Part shown: in pieces, positions 1-11,919 of the stretch | Layout: every line of letters begins with the position of its first letter | How positions within the stretch are numbered: the stretch's first letter is position 1 | Assembly: GCA_000934665.2 (NCBI GenBank) | Contig: KZ538512.1 | Span: 44,812 to 64,811 of the forward strand | Length of the DNA: 20,000 nt | Direction: 5' to 3' | Source of the DNA: Catajapyx aquilonaris | Lineage: Eukaryota | The notes under the pieces: model-generated | What the model saw: only the letters and a program-made list of their open reading frames with translations | What the model was told of the DNA's origin: nothing | Databases searched by the model: none | Translations under genes and position numbers: made by a program

Positions 1-135
1 CTTTGTTCACATAAGGTCATCTGCTCACTCCCCTGTACTGAGAAGTTAAAATAACGATTTTAAACTCTAGGCATTGAAATAAACGACGACCTGACAAAAA
101 TTACTTTATTAATTCACTATTGTGATTTTTTAACG

Positions 136-242
136 GGAATTTCAGAGGCAGAGGGTTCGAAGAAATGGTGGATAATGGAGAATGGTTGTTGCTAATGTTA
201 TTGTTCAGCATTGGCTTTCATCAAGGCATATCTCACACCTGG
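136..242 (-). pseudogene. Decayed orphan relic of P450 exon 4
   Basis: Matches the paralog last exons (tggagaatggttgttgctaatg...ttggctttcatcaaggcatatctcacacctgg versus ttggcttccatcaaggcaaatctcatacctgg). It reads (G)VRYALMKANAEQ* versus [13 protein letters not shown]; an 8-nt insertion at about 198-205 creates a stop. The acceptor AG is retained at 239-240. Confidence 0.85.
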
Positions 243-476
243 GTATCCTCATCGTGCACAAAAAGATTGCAAATTGGTGCTGTTGTACGATATCAGTGAG
301 TTCACCAGCAAAGGCCTATCTCTCGAATGAAATTGACAGAGATATTGACATATCTCCCTCACTGACGAGATAATATTTCACCCTGTCACAATACTGACAT
401 TCAGGTAACACCGAATCATATTAGATATTTTCTGCATGGAACAGCATGAAATGATATTATTTTACACATATGTATA

Positions 477-679
477 GCCGAAGCAGTTTGGAGGAGGGGA
501 CATGGTGTCCGACTGCTAATCGGGAGGTCCTTCCGTAATTAATAAGCCACAACCGCTTCCTTCCGTCCCTATCCTATCCTCGCAAAGAGCACAGTAAAAA
601 AAATGAAAGCAAAGAGTTCCAGGCAAAACAAACCTCCCCCCTAAGGGGCCGATGGCTGATAACGGGATATGAATTATCA

Positions 680-755
<76 letters not shown>

Positions 756-764
756 TATTATTAT
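477..764 (+). mobile_element. tRNA-derived SINE-like retroposon, internally deleted, with (ATT)n tail
   Basis: tRNA anticodon-arm-like TCCGA-CTGCTAA-TCGGG followed by AGGTC at 508-529; A-box-like AAGCAGTTTGG at 481-491; 3' hairpin CCCC-CTAA-GGGG at about 637-648; microsatellite tail. Flanked by the direct repeat TTTACACATAT at 461-471 and 766-776 (target-site duplication). Confidence 0.7.
673..764. repeat. (ATT)n trinucleotide microsatellite, about 30 units
   Basis: Directly visible, with a few ATC/ACT variants; it forms the tail of the SINE-like element. Confidence 0.98.
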
Positions 765-874
765 ATTTACACATATTTACGGAAGGCCAATTTACGGGGT
801 CCCATGCAGGCGCATCAATTAGGCTTGTTCAATCAAGTTCCATGGTGCGTAATAATAATTCTTTTAATGTAGCT

Positions 875-884
875 TTTATTTATT
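875..884 (-). terminator. Putative AATAAA polyadenylation signal(s) of copy A
   Basis: Overlapping tttatt hexamers about 65-70 nt after the stop; the homologous position in copy F (18630-18635) also has AATAAA. Confidence 0.55.
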
Positions 885-947
885 ATTAGAATTGAGGTCT
901 ATGGAATCCAAGTACTGTGCAATGTTTACGAAGATTTTACCGAAACA

Positions 948-3478
948 TTACTTGTCTCTCTTAACAACTTTGAGCCAGACACCATTACTGGCTCGACTTA
1001 GAGAAGCAGCCAGAGAATATTTCATTGGAATTTGAGTCCTTTCGGAAGGTTCGAAGCGATAGTGGAGAAGGGTTGTTGCTAATGCGGCTTTGGCTTCCAT
1101 CAAGGCAAATCTCATACCTGGAAACAGAGAAAAAAACTGATTATTTCAATACCCTCGTGTTTCATAACCTGTACTGGGCTAGAGAGTCACGATATTCTTC
1201 ATTCATAATTATTTACATCATCAGTAGAAATACAACATAAATTATTAATCTATAGATTATTAAAACCAGATGCTCAAATTAACCGTTTATCGGTTAAGTT
1301 CTTACCAACACAGTTTCGTGGTCCGTGTCCAAATGCCTGGAAGAGATAGGGACTTCTCTTGGCCTTTTCTTCTGGACTGAATCTTTCGGGATCGAACTTG
1401 GTCGGGTTAGGAAAGTAAGTCTCGTCGCGATGGATGGCAAATGACGGGAAAATCACTATGGAACCTTTTGAGATCACGTCGTCAGTGCCTGGGATCTGGT
1501 AGTCTTTGGTGCACGTCCGGATAGCTTTAAATGCAGGGGTGTGCAGGCGAAGTGTTTCTGTGAAAAAAGCCAAGTTGAAACCTGCACGATTTGTACTTAT
1601 CAATCAGTATCTGAAACTAAATAATTCACGGCATGGGAAGTAAGCATGTATTGTACGGTATGTGTGTTGAATGGACTCATTTCACTTTTCTGTTAACATG
1701 AATTTAATAAAAACACTGACTGGAAGTCGCCAAGAAACATTCGAGGAGTTTATTAAGGCCATTTCACAAAAAAAATTGCCTTTACTCGTCTATGCTCTAT
1801 GGATATTAGATATTTTAGAGCAAGGACATGTGTATAGAACCGATACATATTAAGATCTACGATCGTGTCATAATAGACCTCACGACTCTATATGCCAATA
1901 TTTACGAGTAGGAACAGAGAAAATCATCGGCACCTCAAAATTATTGTGTCGTTCTGTTAAACTATTTATTCACCTGGAGTGGCATGTCATTATTTTCATT
2001 CTATTTCCTTAATAAATAAACCTATAGAAAAATCTGCAAATTGAGTAAAATATTTATTGACATTGGCGTTGAAATTACCTTTAAGAGGTATGCTATTGTT
2101 CCAAATTGAAGGGTGAATTTAAGCTAAAGCCAGTGGGTGCTACTTCAGATATAGCGAAAACCCAAACCAAATAATTATTGTGACAGAATGCTGGTTAAGA
2201 AACATCTCACATACCGTGAATGACCTTGTCCAGCAATTCCATTTCCATGATGGCGTTGTAGGTGACCTGTCCATCGTGCTTGTCAACCGCCATTTTAATC
2301 TCCTCATACAGTTCTTCCTGAACTTCTGGATGGAGAGCCAGCTCGTAGGAAGCAAATCCTAGGGTATTGGCCGTCGTTTCATAACCAGCAATGAAGAATA
2401 TTATGCACTGGGCGATGACCAGTGTTTCATTCATAACTGAAAACGTGAAGTGATTTTTCAATACTGTAGCACGTAGCCTATTGTAGAAAGAGAATTATGT
2501 AAATGATTGTGATTATTATACATTACCAGCTTTTGATAGAGCCCTGCGTTCTTCCGCAGATTTCAGATCCGTGCTGTAACCTATCAGTTTATCGGATTCT
2601 GCTTCTTCCTGCAATTCCCCTTTCTTTGCATCCAAGAGCAACTGCAAGAAGTCGTTCCCTTTGATCCCGCTTTTCTCACGCTCTGCAATTGTCGCTCTTG
2701 TCACATCAGCAAAAAATTTAACTTCATTCTCGGTATTTGGCAATGGAAATCGAATGGCGCGCAAAAATTTCATTAATCTGGGCACGATGAAGTTCATAAT
2801 CATCACAAAGAAAACCCCTGGTTTCGGAAACATCAACCTGCTGGCCATCTTTGGGAAGACTGCTTCTTCATCCCTAAATGAATTACAAGTGACGCCGAAG
2901 GCAGATGCTGCGATCACATCCATCGTGAACCTCCCATAGGCATCTTTGACCTCCACTTCCTCTCCGTTTTCAGCAAATTTATCAAAATGTGCCTTCAGCT
3001 GTTCACCAATTTCAAACACGGACGGGAAGATCCTCTTGATCTTACCAGATGTAAAGGTCGGGGTCACCACATTCCTCACATCCTTCCACTGCTGTCCTGT
3101 CAGGTTGCCTAATCCCTTGTTGAAATACTCAAATTTTTTGCCCAAGTCGAATTGAGTTCTGTCCACAAAGTGGTCAAAATCCTTAACAAAAATATTCTTC
3201 ATTAATTCAGGATCTCGGATCAGAATTCCTGGTCCAAACATATCCCACACTCCGACATATTTTTTCCCGGCCAATTTTTTGTACATGGCGACGTCAGCGT
3301 CTCCGTTAGACTTGGTGACAAATATGGCGTGGAGGTGACACTTCCAAAACAGGGTAGCTGGGGCAGAGGGAAATCCTCTTCTTTTCCAGTAACCACCACT
3401 CCACACCAGGAATATGGTCACCAGTAAGGTCACTCCCACAAGAGGGATGAATACGAGGTAGGCCAACAGCCACCACAT
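948..3478 (-). CDS. Cytochrome P450 copy A (CYP3 clan, CYP6/CYP9-like), 531 aa; exons 3478-2527, 2436-2215, 1557-1306, 1117-948
   Basis: N-terminal membrane anchor followed by YWKRRGFP; C-helix WKDVR; I-helix AGYETT; K-helix ETLR; PERF; heme motif [14 protein letters not shown]. Three GT-AG phase-1 introns (90, 657, 188 nt) join to a 1596-nt frame ending in TAA at 948-950. Confidence 0.95.
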
Positions 3479-3820
3479 GTTGGAGACACTAACAGGTTAC
3501 GTGCACGCACTGCGACCTTTGAATGACAACTAAGTGTGGAGGCTAGTGAGGCACTGTGGGTGGGACACGTCACAGATCATTAATTTTATCCGCGGACTTC
3601 TGAAACGCAGGAGTGTGCAAGCCAAGGCCGAACTCATCATACCCTTGAACCACGTGTTCCAGCAGCAACTTAGATGTTGGTAGTTTTTAAATGGGTTTTT
3701 ATACGTGTATTTTATTCTAGAACCTATTGGCTCATTTTTGTCAGTGTTTTTTTTCCATTCCTGCAGTTCCATAATGAGGATGGTAAGATATTGCTTTTGA
3801 CGTTTCTTAAGTGGGCCATT
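3479..3820 (-). promoter_or_regulatory. Upstream region of copy A, homologous to the upstream region of copy E
   Basis: Shared blocks with 16605-16900: cactgcgac(c/t)tttga, caact(a/g)ag, tagtgag, acacgtc, tcatttttgtc, tgacgtttct. Inr-like TTAGTT on the minus strand at 3528-3533. Confidence 0.5.
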
Positions 3821-4762
3821 CTGCAACAGAGAAGTGGGGTCTGGGAGGGGGTTAGCGTTGGTCATTTGTTTCTCCCCCTCCTCTTGTGATTTTTGTATCC
3901 TCTTCATGTCTGTCATGTCTGTAAATGTACTACATCGACAGAGCTTCAAAAATCGGTAGAGGTCATATCTGTAACCTTTCCAGTTTTCGAGTACATTGGA
4001 GGAGAAAATTCACGAACCAAGATAGCGTTGATAAAATAATATCTGAAAATTAAAATTTCATGGAATGTAGAACCAGATACCTGTGCTTAACGCTTGGTGA
4101 TATTTGTGGGATTTAAGTAAACACGTTTAAAAAACTGGCCTACCGGGATACAATGGGTGAAAGTTGCGTCAGCAAGGGGTTTAGTAGGCTGATGTTGTTT
4201 GTACATGCACATACAGAGTATGTAGAATTTTAATCTGACATTTACCTCTTTTCTCTCGATTAAATCACACGTTCGTGAATCATAGCTGATAGCGTATAGT
4301 GTATGCAAGGTACCGTGCTATATACATACAGGCATAAAAATCATTTGTTGGCAATTAACACGTTCAACATGGATGGCAGAGTATGACAAAAATGCAGTGG
4401 GCACTGACAGGATACGATATCGATCAAAACATAGAACTAAATCGTCCCCCTTCCCATTAGGTTTGACATTATTAATCAGAGTAAATTTTGATTAATATTC
4501 TCAGCATATATTTTACACAGTATTTATGAATATGTACGATGCTGTCCACTAAAAAGTGCACTCCAAAATGTTTCCAACATTTCAATCAAAAACATAAGCT
4601 TTTACATTTACATTTAATACTTCAGCCGATTATAACTCTTCGGGAAATAATAACTTCAGCTATAGTATCACAAATGAAGAAATGGGTAAATATTCTCTTG
4701 AGGAAATGTGGGCTGCATCAAGGCATTCTTATGGTCTCCTTCATTTATATGATTATTCATAT

Positions 4763-7076
4763 TTACAAAGTCAGTTTGGTTCTCTTTTCAAGTCTCAGCC
4801 ATACCCCTTCTTTGGACTTCAGCATAGTCGAAAGTAAGGAATATTTCATAGGAATCGTTGTCTTCTCTGTAGGATGAAGACGGAAGTTGAGGATGGTGTG
4901 TGCCAGGATTGTTTTGACTTGCATCAGAGCGAAACGCATTCCTATTCAGTAAAGCAATAACCAGAATTAGCAACATATACACTGACTATATAGGTACTCT
5001 GGCACATAGATAATAATGGCAATCGTGTCATACCTATGCAATTTCTAGGTCCATGTCCAAAAGGTTGATAAACGTATGGGGACCTCTTTGCCTTCTCTTC
5101 AGAGCTGAATCTCTCAGGATCAAACTTCATCGGATTGGGGAAATAACGCTCGTTGTGATGTACAGCGAAAGCAGGAAACGTCAGTGTCGTTCCCTTTTTA
5201 ATGGTGGCATCTGTCCCGGGCACCTGCAAATCTTTGGTGCATGCCCTGAGGATCCTAGTTGCAGGACCGCGGAGACGTAGTGTTTCTGAAGAAGGACAGT
5301 TTCTTAGCATTTACGGAACATCATTCCACTCAATTTACGTCTAGTGATCTGGGCTATAACAGCAGCTCGAATCAGTGTAAAAAATATCAGGCATACATTT
5401 CTATCAAATACCTCCTGTTACGGTGTACTTTTAATAGCTTCGCAAAATGTGAGGTTTAGAAAATTGATCCGACTGACTTCTATAGCCTCAGTGTTTAAGA
5501 GAATTGTTCAGTAGGCACGCAATCAAAGCCTCAAAGGTCAATCTCATAATAAACTCCGAAAATAAGCTCGAACGTAATTTCCAACATCACACGTCAGTAA
5601 CAAGAGGCCAGCAAACAATATTCTGTGCCCTATCATTGCGAAAATAGGCAATAAAATAATTCTGAACCCAAAGTATAGATACTATAGAACGACAATATTG
5701 TGAACATATCCGAAACAACAATAATAATAGCCCTATAATAATTCATAATATCAATAATAAAATTCTGCTAAATATTAAGTTTGTCTCACCATGGATAATT
5801 TTGTCCAATAGCTCCATGTTCATAACGTCATCATAAGTCAATTGCCCATCGTGTTTGTCCGCTGCTTTCTTCACCTCCTCATACAACTTCTCTTGAATGT
5901 CCGGGTTGACCGCCATCTCGTAGGCAGCAAATGACAATGTATTAGCCGTCGTGTCATACCCAACTAGGAGAAGTACTATGCATTGAGCTATCAAAAGAGG
6001 CTCCGTCAACACTGCAAAAATAAATTAAACGCCGTCTGTTTTGGTGTACTGTATATGTTAATAATATCATTTATAATGATGATATAATATGCAGTATGTC
6101 TGTACGTCTACGTACCTGCTTTGGAAAGAGCCTTGCGTTTTTCTGTAGCGACCTGGTCAGAACTTGGGTTGTACCCGATTAGATTATCTGACTCAAGATC
6201 GTCCAACTCTCCTTTCCTGGCATCCAGAAGCAACTGCAGAAAGTCCCGTCCTTTCACCCCACTTTTTTCGCGATGTTCAATCGCATCTTTTGCCACGGAT
6301 GCAAAGTAGTCGTTGACCTCGTTTGATTCAGGTAAAGGGACACGCAGCATGCGCAACAATTTCACAAAGCGGGGGGCACCAATGGTGGCCAGAAGTAGAA
6401 TTAATCCAATGACACCTGGGTTCATAATCTTTTTAGCCATCCGCGGAAAGGGTGCATCCGGATGTTTGAATGAGTCGCAGTCGATCCCAAAGGAGGTGCT
6501 CGCCACCACGTCCATCACCAGCCTCCCATAGGCATCCTTCATTTCCACAGATTCTCCCAAATCAGCCTGTTTCTCCAGGTAATCGGTCAGCTTCTGGCAG
6601 CATTTAGGCATGGACTGGAACATCAGCTTGATTTTCCCAGAAGTGAACGTTGGCGACATTACGTTCCTCACGTCCTTCCATTGCTGTCCAACAAGGTTGG
6701 ATAGCGCTAGGTTAATATAATTGTCCTTTCCGCCAAATTCAAATACAGGTCTGTCCACAAAGTGATCAAAATTCTTGACGAAGACACTTCTCATCATGTC
6801 CGGATCCACAATCCACAAAGTGGAACCAAATATTTCGACGGCTCCTCCGCACTTGGCACCGGTCCGCAAAAAGTAATTGTAAATATCCAGATCTGCGTCG
6901 CCAGCGGATTTGGTTACCAGGATTTGTCTCAGGAAACTTTTTACTGTGACTGAAGGAGGTAGGGCATGAAATCCTGCACTTTCCCACCTCTTAGTATACC
7001 AAATTAACAACACTGTAATTAGAGAGATGATCCCGACCACCACCGCGACCAAGAGGCACCCGAGAACCCACAGCAT
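4763..7076 (-). CDS. Cytochrome P450 copy B (divergent paralog), 537 aa; exons 7076-6116, 6011-5790, 5285-5034, 4941-4763
   Basis: Membrane anchor, WKDVR, I-helix [32 protein letters not shown] introns of 104, 504 and 92 nt at the same positions as in the paralogs; TAA at 4763-4765. Confidence 0.94.
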
Positions 7077-7544
7077 TTTGCGTCACTCCTACAGTCCTAT
7101 TAGGTACCGCGCTGAGGTCTGCTCGCTAACGAGCTGCACTGTGCACTGGCTTTAGTTCCTGCACGCTTGGCAAGGAGCGTGGCAAGGAGGCTGCTCATAT
7201 GCAGTAGTTCTTGGTCAATATTAGTCAAGGACAAAGGGAGGACTAGTGACGCCCGTGGCAGCGGAACAAACCTTGATAAAGTTGGGATGTATCTGGAAAT
7301 TCAACGTAGGAAAATACATTCTGTAGTCGTCATCTTCAGATGGACGGGATATTATCCATTGGAGTTAACAAGTAATAAATTATAATGTATTATCTTCCAC
7401 TGTAATCATTGGTGCAATATTGCTAGCAATGAGTTTGGCAGAATGTTGTTGTGGGTGCGTGAACATGTGTGTGGGTTGTAATGTACAACCTAGTTACTTC
7501 TTTGATCTACATTATGCCCTCATGTCCGCAAATATACGTATTTT

Positions 7545-8098
7545 AAGGGCGGTAGCCCTGAAGTAAGACCGTAGCATAGCGTTTCAACAATGAATTTTTC
7601 CTACTTCTTGTTTTTGTTACGTTTTTTTTATTCGCCATAACTCAAATTCTGCTGTAGGTAGAGCTTACACATTTTGAACACAGATCCCCACCGTCGTGAA
7701 TTGATTTCCTACCATTTACACTTTTACTTAATTCCTCTTCAAACCGCCGCGCCGCAAAAAATTTAAAACCACTAAAAATTCATCTCTATTTTTTTCTCAA
7801 TAACTATTCGGAATTTGGTTTCTTCATCAAAGGGCCGAAGGTGCAGTGGGATGGTGCGGATCTACGTTCAAAACCTGACATTTCCACCTTCTACGGGATA
7901 GAGGTCATGAATTTGTTCCCCCTTATTTTTCCCGTCATTTCCTCATTTGTTCATGATGCCATAACCTAGCAACGTCAGTTGTTGTTTACCACCTCATATA
8001 TTGTTGTGGGTCTTCTTTCAATTATTATTTTCAGGTGGAAAGCGATTCTGAATAGGGGTCGCCGGGCACGGAATCGCGGATATGTGAATGCACCTTTA
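7545..8098. mobile_element. Possible degenerate DNA-transposon fragment(s) between copies C and B
   Basis: Starts at TTAA-GGGCGG and ends near tgtgaatgcaccttta, both reminiscent of transposon termini, but the two ends are not mutual inverted repeats. Weak, impression-level support only. Confidence 0.2.
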
Positions 8099-8158
8099 GA
8101 TTTTTATGAGAACAAATGCGAATATTTATTATGAGGGACACGGCAGCTCAATGGGATT

Positions 8159-10962
8159 TTATTGGCTTCTCTTCTCTACGTTGAGCCAGACGCCATTTGT
8201 GGCACGACTTATGTTGGACGTCAATGAATACTTCATAGGAATCTGCGTCTTCTCGGATGGTAGGAAACGGAAGCGTAGAATGGTTGTTGCCAAAGCAGCT
8301 TTAGCTTCCATCAAAGCAAATCGCATTCCTATAGAATGGAAAAAATTAGCAAAAATTATAATGCAATAATTTTTATTTTAGAATACCTTTTTTGCGCTCA
8401 GTTAGTTATATCACTTTTGCTTACGTCAACGAATGAAAGTTTATTAATAAACTTAACACGTAAGACTTGATAAAAAGGGGGCATATACCCGATGAGAATG
8501 GGGAAGAGGGGTTATTTGTAGGTGCTCGAGCATTGATTTATATGAGTGCCTAAGTGCCTTCATCAATATTCAATTACTGTTTCTGTACATTTGAAAAATG
8601 TCGGTTTGTCACATCTTGATATTCAGTTTCAAAATCTATATGGCATGAACGTTTGATTTAGTTATACATTCATAATTACCATTTCATTCCAATTAATTTG
8701 ACGCATTGCATCACTTGGTGGTGGAAGTGTTTTGGGACAAAAACTACAGAATACATGAGGCACGTGTTTTCAGAAAATAATTCAATTTTTGGATTAAGCA
8801 TATCTTGCTTGTGGAGACAAATCTGATACTTGTCTGACTTTAAAAAAAAATAGAAAATTGAAAATTGAAAAATAGAAAGCTTCTTTTAATCAAAATCCCA
8901 GAGACTGAAACAACCTGTGGGTCTCACTACTTGGCATGTCATGCCACGTATTATTACTAAAATCTTACCAATGCAATTTCGTGGCCCATGTCCAAAGGGC
9001 TGAAACACGTAGGGGTTTCTCTTGGCCTTTTCTTCACGGCTGAACCTTTCTGGATCGAACTTGGTTGGATTCGGGTAGTAACGCTCGTCGCGGTGTATCG
9101 CAAAGGCTGGAAAGGTCACCAGGGTGCCCTTCTGGAGTACCATGTCTGTACCCGGGATCTGATAGTCTTTCGTGCACTTCCTAATATTTCTAAATGTAGG
9201 AATGTGCAAGCGAAGGGTTTCTGAAATACAGTACATAAATATTTTACCGTAGGCCTAGTAGTATTATAATTTATGACAACCACGACAACAACAAAAAACA
9301 ATTCCACATATACATAGTTTAAATATATTCACATTTGCAATAAATGTTAATGCACCGCCCACCATTTTACATGCCCAGCAGTGTACTCTTGGGGACATGC
9401 AATATTGTGTGCCATTTTTGGGAAAATAATTACATCAATTTACTAAGAGAAATTCAATATATTGTCCGCCTTTTCTTTACACCTGACCATATTGGGAATA
9501 CAGTCATGGCCTCTCTTTGTTATGTAGCGGAAATATCTCACCATGAATTACTTTGTCCAGTAGTTCCATCTCCATGACGCCATCGTAAGTGACTTGGCCC
9601 TCATGTTTGTCAACTACCTCTTTGATCTCTTGATACAGTTCTTCCTGAATTTCTGGATGGAGGGCCAACTCGTAGGCAGCAAATCCGAGGGTGTTGGCAG
9701 TGGTCTCGTAGCCAGCAATGAAGAATATTACGCACTGAGCGATTATCAATGACTCATCCAAAACTGGAAGTACAGAGTTATTTTTAAGTGATTCTGCGAT
9801 AAATAAAGCTATCTACTGTCACAGATGTAGATATAGTTCAGTTGTTAGATATTAGTACGTGAGTAGACTTATTTTTTCGACCGCAGAAAATGACTTTATG
9901 TGCCAATGGGTCAGACATGTATTTCAATCCAGAACCAGAATATTATACTTTTCCTGCTCTACTTAATATTAGAAACATATAAAACGAACAAATGTTGATA
10001 ACACCCACAACATGCTTACCTGATTTGGATAGCTCTTGGTTTTCTTTCACATTTGTAGTGTCTTCTTCAACCTGATCAGATTCCGTTTCGAGTTTCAACT
10101 CTCCCTTTCTTGCATCCAGAAGCAACTGTAAAAAGTCATTTCCTTTCACCCCAGACTTTTCGCGCTCTGCAATCGTCTCCTTTGCGACGTCCGCAAAAAA
10201 ATCCATGGACTCTGTGTAATTAGGCAAAGGAAAATGTATAGCTCGTAAAAACTTCAGGAATTTAGGGAACACTAACGACATCATCAGGGTTATGAACAGG
10301 CGTGGCGGGGGAGACATCATATTGTTGGCCATCTTGGGGAAAATTGCGTCCTTGTCTATGAAGGAATTGCACTTGACCCCGAACGCAGAGGCCGCGATCA
10401 CGTCCATTGTGAACCTTCCGTACACATCTTTGACCTCTACTTCCTCTCCAGTTTCAGCAAATGTATCTAAATACTCCATCATCTGTTCGCCACTTTGACG
10501 CACAGAAGGAAAGATTTGTTTGATTTTTCCGGAAGTAAAGGTGGGGGATATGACACTCCTTACGTCCTTCCACAGTTGTCCCGTTAAGTTGCTTAAAACC
10601 AAGTTCATGTACTTGAGCTCGTCTCCCAGATCGAAAGTGGACCTGTCCACAAAGTGTTCAAAATCTTTCACAAAAATGTGCTTCATCAGTTCAGGATCTA
10701 GAATCCACACGTTCGGCCCTACCATGTCAATGGCCCCAACAAATCGCATCCCCAACACTTTTTTGTAAACCGCTTGGACGGCATTTCCGTTTGACTTGGT
10801 CACGAATATGGTGTGCAAAAAACTCTTCCAAAAGAGAGTCGCCGGTAGGGCCGGAACTCCTCTTCTTTTCCAGTAACCCCCACTCCACCACAGGAATATT
10901 GTCACCAATAAGGTCACCCCCACCAGTGGGACTAAGGGAAGGCACAACAACCACCACCACAT
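8159..10962 (-). CDS. Cytochrome P450 copy C, 528 aa; exons 10962-10020, 9763-9542, 9220-8969, 8328-8159
   Basis: [45 protein letters not shown] introns of 256, 321 and 640 nt; TAA at 8159-8161. Confidence 0.95.
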
Positions 10963-11919
10963 CGTGAAGAGGCTCGCTGTACACTGATGACAAGCTCACT
11001 TTTCAATGGAAGAATTGCACGTTATTGCACCATGTTGGGCATGATGCGAATGGAGTGGTTTCTAGCGGTGGCGTACAGTACTTTCAGGACGAGTTTCTCA
11101 GTAACCTGTCCCCTTATACACAATCTTTCGACCATGATAAGTTCTACACGTGCTCGAGCTCACACAACATGACTTTACATTACGTAAACTTTTTTGTGCC
11201 ACTTGGATCGTGGTACTTTCAGGCCTCCAGTAGTTCAATTCACCTTGAAGTTGACTGTATAATCAATCCAAGATGGATATAGCCTACACATGATATACAC
11301 TATACTGTACAGTGTACACTGTGTATATCCATCCTGTGAATATGCACGATATGTTAAAGAAACACTTGTGTCGTTGGATAACAATCACTTGAAATGATTA
11401 CGATGACGTGTTTTGAAGATTTTTCCTTGCCATTGCATTGCAGCCAGAAATATCGTAAAAGTGGCAAATATCAGTAGATTATGCAAGATGTGCATGTTAT
11501 GTGAATTAGAAATACGATGTAGGATCCGCAATATTTGGTATAATTTTGGAACTTGCTTTGCTTCTACACAGCATGATAATGAACAAAATTGCATTTGAAT
11601 AAAGAATAAAAAACTCGATATACTTTTTTTTTGCAAATTACTGGTAGTATTAGGAATAATAATTATATTTTTGTGCATTTTCACACATCCGGTGTTCACC
11701 TATTGGAGTTGGGGATGACAAAGTATATACAGTTGAAATAGTGCAATAGCAAAAAATGGAACGTCAGGAAAAATTATAAATGATATTTTCTAGTTATTAT
11801 GGCAGTGTATTTTGCAAAAGTGCGTGGTTCCAAGGTATGCATACAAGACGCAGGTAATATTGGCAGAATACATATCGTTATGAGATCATCCACAGTATAA
11901 ATACCAAACCCTCTAACAA

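Noticed and set aside
477..530. Possible tRNA-Ser(GCT) gene
   Set aside because: Only an anticodon-arm-like piece is present, with no T-arm/B-box or acceptor stem; a SINE head explains it better.
574..872. Poly-Asn and poly-Tyr ORFs
   Set aside because: They are translations of the (ATT)n microsatellite.
3530..4877. Intergenic ORFs of 70-139 aa (also those at 11025-11699 and 16794-18438)
   Set aside because: No recognisable domains or exon structure, and many use non-ATG starts; consistent with chance ORFs.
7162..7189. GCGTG cores and a TGGCAAGGAG direct repeat upstream of copy B
   Set aside because: Five-base cores occur often by chance and do not match the full TNGCGTG consensus.
8845..8880. 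GAAAATT-like short tandem repeat in copy C intron 3
   Set aside because: Low-complexity A-rich intron sequence.
11293..11330. Short palindromic stretch around ACAGTGTACACTGT
   Set aside because: Short, low-complexity purine-pyrimidine alternation with no supporting context.
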